Source: Cyclobacteriaceae bacterium
GTDB taxonomy: Bacteria > Bacteroidota > Bacteroidia > Cytophagales > Cyclobacteriaceae
Assembly: GCA_028285685.1 (NCBI GenBank)
Contig: JANQOR010000014.1
Coordinates: forward strand, 48,287 to 112,286
DNA length: 64,000 nt
Reading direction: 5' to 3'
Shown: piece after piece, positions 62,120-64,000 of the stretch
How positions within the stretch are numbered: the stretch's first letter is position 1
How the letters are laid out: every line of letters starts with the position of its first letter
Program-made: the position numbers and the translations under genes
Notes under the pieces: model-generated
What the model saw: the letters and a program-made list of their open reading frames with translations, nothing else
Database searches by the model: none
What the model was told of the DNA's origin: nothing

Positions 62120-64000
62120 TTATGAAACCTTAGAAACCGAGATCACGGTATCATTCCAGCACAATGCTCCCGAAATTGGATCACCAAAGTTGGGGATAAT
62201 CTTGTTCAGATGCATTCCGTGATCATTCCACCAAACAAGGTCACTGTCTGAGTCATTTTCAACATTGATTGACGACTTTTCACCAGAGGCATATTCCCCA
62301 AAAGCCCAATGTCCCAGATGGTGCGAAACAGAAATAGCATTCGGGTGAACCCCTTGCGTGACTCTTGCCTTGGTTATCAATTCTCCCACCCCGGATTCCA
62401 GTTTTATCCAGTCATTTTCCTGGATTCCGAGTCTGTCTGCAGTTGCTGTGTTTATCCATGCGGGATTTTCGTGGTAAATCTCCATCAGCCACTTACAATT
62501 CTGGGTCCTGGAGTGCGTGTGAACATTCACTTTGAAGGTGGTCAATATAAGTTCATTCCGATCGAGTTTTTTGTGGTCAGGATGAGACATCCAAGCTGGA
62601 AGTCCTGAAAAACCACTTTTTGCCAATCGTTCGGAGAAAAGATTGATCTTTTTCCTCTTAACAAATTCCACCCTGGCTTCCATGTCATGCCAAATTCCGT
62701 GCTTCTTCATGTATTCAAAACCTCCCGCTTCTCTTAAGCCATCGGTCGCCTCACACGCACCTTTAATAAATTCTTCTGCGGAATTAAAGCCTAAATTCAA
62801 ACCAAGTTCATTGGCCAGATGACATGCCACATCCACGAAGCTTCTTGAATCTCCCAACGGCTCATGCACCGGTTGACGAATGTAAAACTCAGGTATGCCG
62901 TCGGTAGTCCCTTTTCCTTCAGCGGTCCAACGCTCCAGGAATGACGCATCTGGCAATATCAAATCCGCTAATTCTGTCGTCTCGCTCATTCCAACATCAA
63001 CGGACACTAAGAAAGGAATCTTGCTAGTGTCTTTATACACTTCAATATTGTCGTTGCAATCGCCATTGGCATAAACAGGATTGTGGCAATAAACCATGTA
63101 CAACTCAGGTCTTCCTCTACCTTTTCTTATCTGGGTAAGAATCTGATGAGAGACACTGCCATCAGGAACGGCGAATTGCCCCTTATCTCCATTGAAAATG
63201 GGTAGCTGTCCCTTCGGCTTTTCAGGACGTGGAAATGGGTAGGTCCATCGCGCAGGTTTGGTCCTCCTGACCTCCGGTCCGATGTTGCCAGCAATCACAT
63301 CAAGCATATATATCGCCCTTTGTGCTTGAACACCATTGAAGTGCATGAAGGCTCCCCTAAAAGAGACACAAGCGCCGGATTTTGCCTTGCCGTATTCTAC
63401 AGCAATCTCTTCGATCAACTTTGATGGAACACCGGATATCTCCTCAGCCCACTCGGGAGTATATGGCACAAGGTGCTCCTCCAATTCAGCGACTGTTACG
63501 TTGGCTGTTTGCTCAATGTCTTCTTTATTGTAAAGACCCTCTCTAAGCAGAACATGAGACAATGCCAGGACTACTGCCAAATCAGTTCCCGGTTTTACGG
63601 GTATCCATTTATCAGATTTGGCCGCAGTATTTGATAACCGCACATCGAACGTGTAGATCTTAACACCCCGCTCTCGCATCTTAGAAACCCGACGAATAAT
63701 TGGGATGTGATCAATACCTGCGTCGATCAAGCTCCTACCGAAATTGAGAATGATATCAACATCATCAAACTTCTTGCTAGAAGCAACATCGCCTGTCAAT
63801 CGCCTTGCGATCGATCCGGCCCTATTGCAAATCGAGTCATGGTTACCGATCGACGATGTGCCAAATGCACTTAGAAAATAAGTTATGTTGATGGTATAGT
63901 CTGTTCCTACCATTCGCCCGTAGTGAAACAGGAATTTTTCAGGAGTACCCTCCTTTCTTAATGTTCGAAGGCCTTTGACTTTTGCCCCCTCAATCTCTCC
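62120..64000 (-). CDS. molybdopterin (bis-MGD) oxidoreductase catalytic subunit, DMSO-reductase superfamily (5'-truncated by window edge)
   Basis: MopB core blocks (N.GRSLI...., KIYTFDVRLSNTA..SD.W.PVKPGTD.A) and a C-terminal MopB_CT barrel (W.N...A..LGI...DW..LES..GE...KA.VT.GVHP..). The frame stays open upstream of the listed ATG 63913 all the way to position 64000. Confidence 0.85.
   Translation of the reverse strand, partial: GEIEGAKVKGLRTLRKEGTPEKFLFHYGRMVGTDYTINITYFLSAFGTSSIGNHDSICNRAGSIARRLTGDVASSKKFDDVDIILNFGRSLIDAGIDHIPIIRRVSKMRERGVKIYTFDVRLSNTAAKSDKWIPVKPGTDLAVVLALSHVLLREGLYNKEDIEQTANVTVAELEEHLVPYTPEWAEEISGVPSKLIEEIAVEYGKAKSGACVSFRGAFMHFNGVQAQRAIYMLDVIAGNIGPEVRRTKPARWTYPFPRPEKPKGQLPIFNGDKGQFAVPDGSVSHQILTQIRKGRGRPELYMVYCHNPVYANGDCNDNIEVYKDTSKIPFLVSVDVGMSETTELADLILPDASFLERWTAEGKGTTDGIPEFYIRQPVHEPLGDSRSFVDVACHLANELGLNLGFNSAEEFIKGACEATDGLREAGGFEYMKKHGIWHDMEARVEFVKRKKINLFSERLAKSGFSGLPAWMSHPDHKKLDRNELILTTFKVNVHTHSRTQNCKWLMEIYHENPAWINTATADRLGIQENDWIKLESGVGELITKARVTQGVHPNAISVSHHLGHWAFGEYASGEKSSINVENDSDSDLVWWNDHGMHLNKIIPNFGDPISGALCWNDTVISVSKVS

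Noticed and set aside
1-64000. CRISPR arrays, IS elements, integrases, prophage or toxin-antitoxin modules.
   Set aside because: I saw no regularly spaced direct repeats and no transposase or integrase-like ORFs in any frame of the track. No short paired ORFs typical of TA systems were seen either.

Overview
This 64-kb chromosomal window looks like a Bacteroidota genome. Evidence: T9SS C-terminal sorting domains, GldH, a GWxTD protein, a TonB-dependent receptor with a CarboxypepD_reg N-domain, and weak or absent Shine-Dalgarno leaders. GC is moderate by eye and was not computed. About 50 protein genes are packed on both strands, with two tRNAs (Ala-GGC, Asn-GTT). I found no rRNA, no CRISPR array and no recognisable transposase or integrase. 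Most of the window is housekeeping: ABC-F ATPase, msrA, rnhB, hemA, purD, recQ, rlmB, glmS, an HtrA protease, Hsp20 and an ALDH7-type dehydrogenase. Three accessory loci stand out. (1) At 46.3-58.1 kb, a PAS/GAF histidine kinase and a LytTR regulator precede a six-gene operon. The operon encodes a TolC-like protein, a HlyD-like protein, a TviB-like UDP-HexNAc dehydrogenase, a Zn-ribbon (TackOD1-like) plus degenerate-GGDEF protein, a processive GT2 synthase (QRLRW) and an LVIVD/DUF4114 lipoprotein. I read this as a candidate undescribed synthase-dependent exopolysaccharide secretion system in which the synthase takes the place of the inner-membrane pump of a tripartite conduit. (2) At 33.9-38.3 kb there is a type III PKS, methyltransferase, GNAT, UbiA prenyltransferase and flavoprotein cluster, likely for a phenolic lipid. 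(3) At 59.6-64 kb there is a molybdopterin oxidoreductase, an unannotated 55-aa peptide with three vicinal Cys pairs, a C-S lyase-type aminotransferase and an ArsO-like flavin monooxygenase. In addition, both tRNA genes are followed by degenerate copies of their own 3' halves. All of these copies carry a related ~17-nt insertion in the T-loop, and two of them bracket a single-gene mini-island. All functional calls come from motif recognition by eye; no database search was run.
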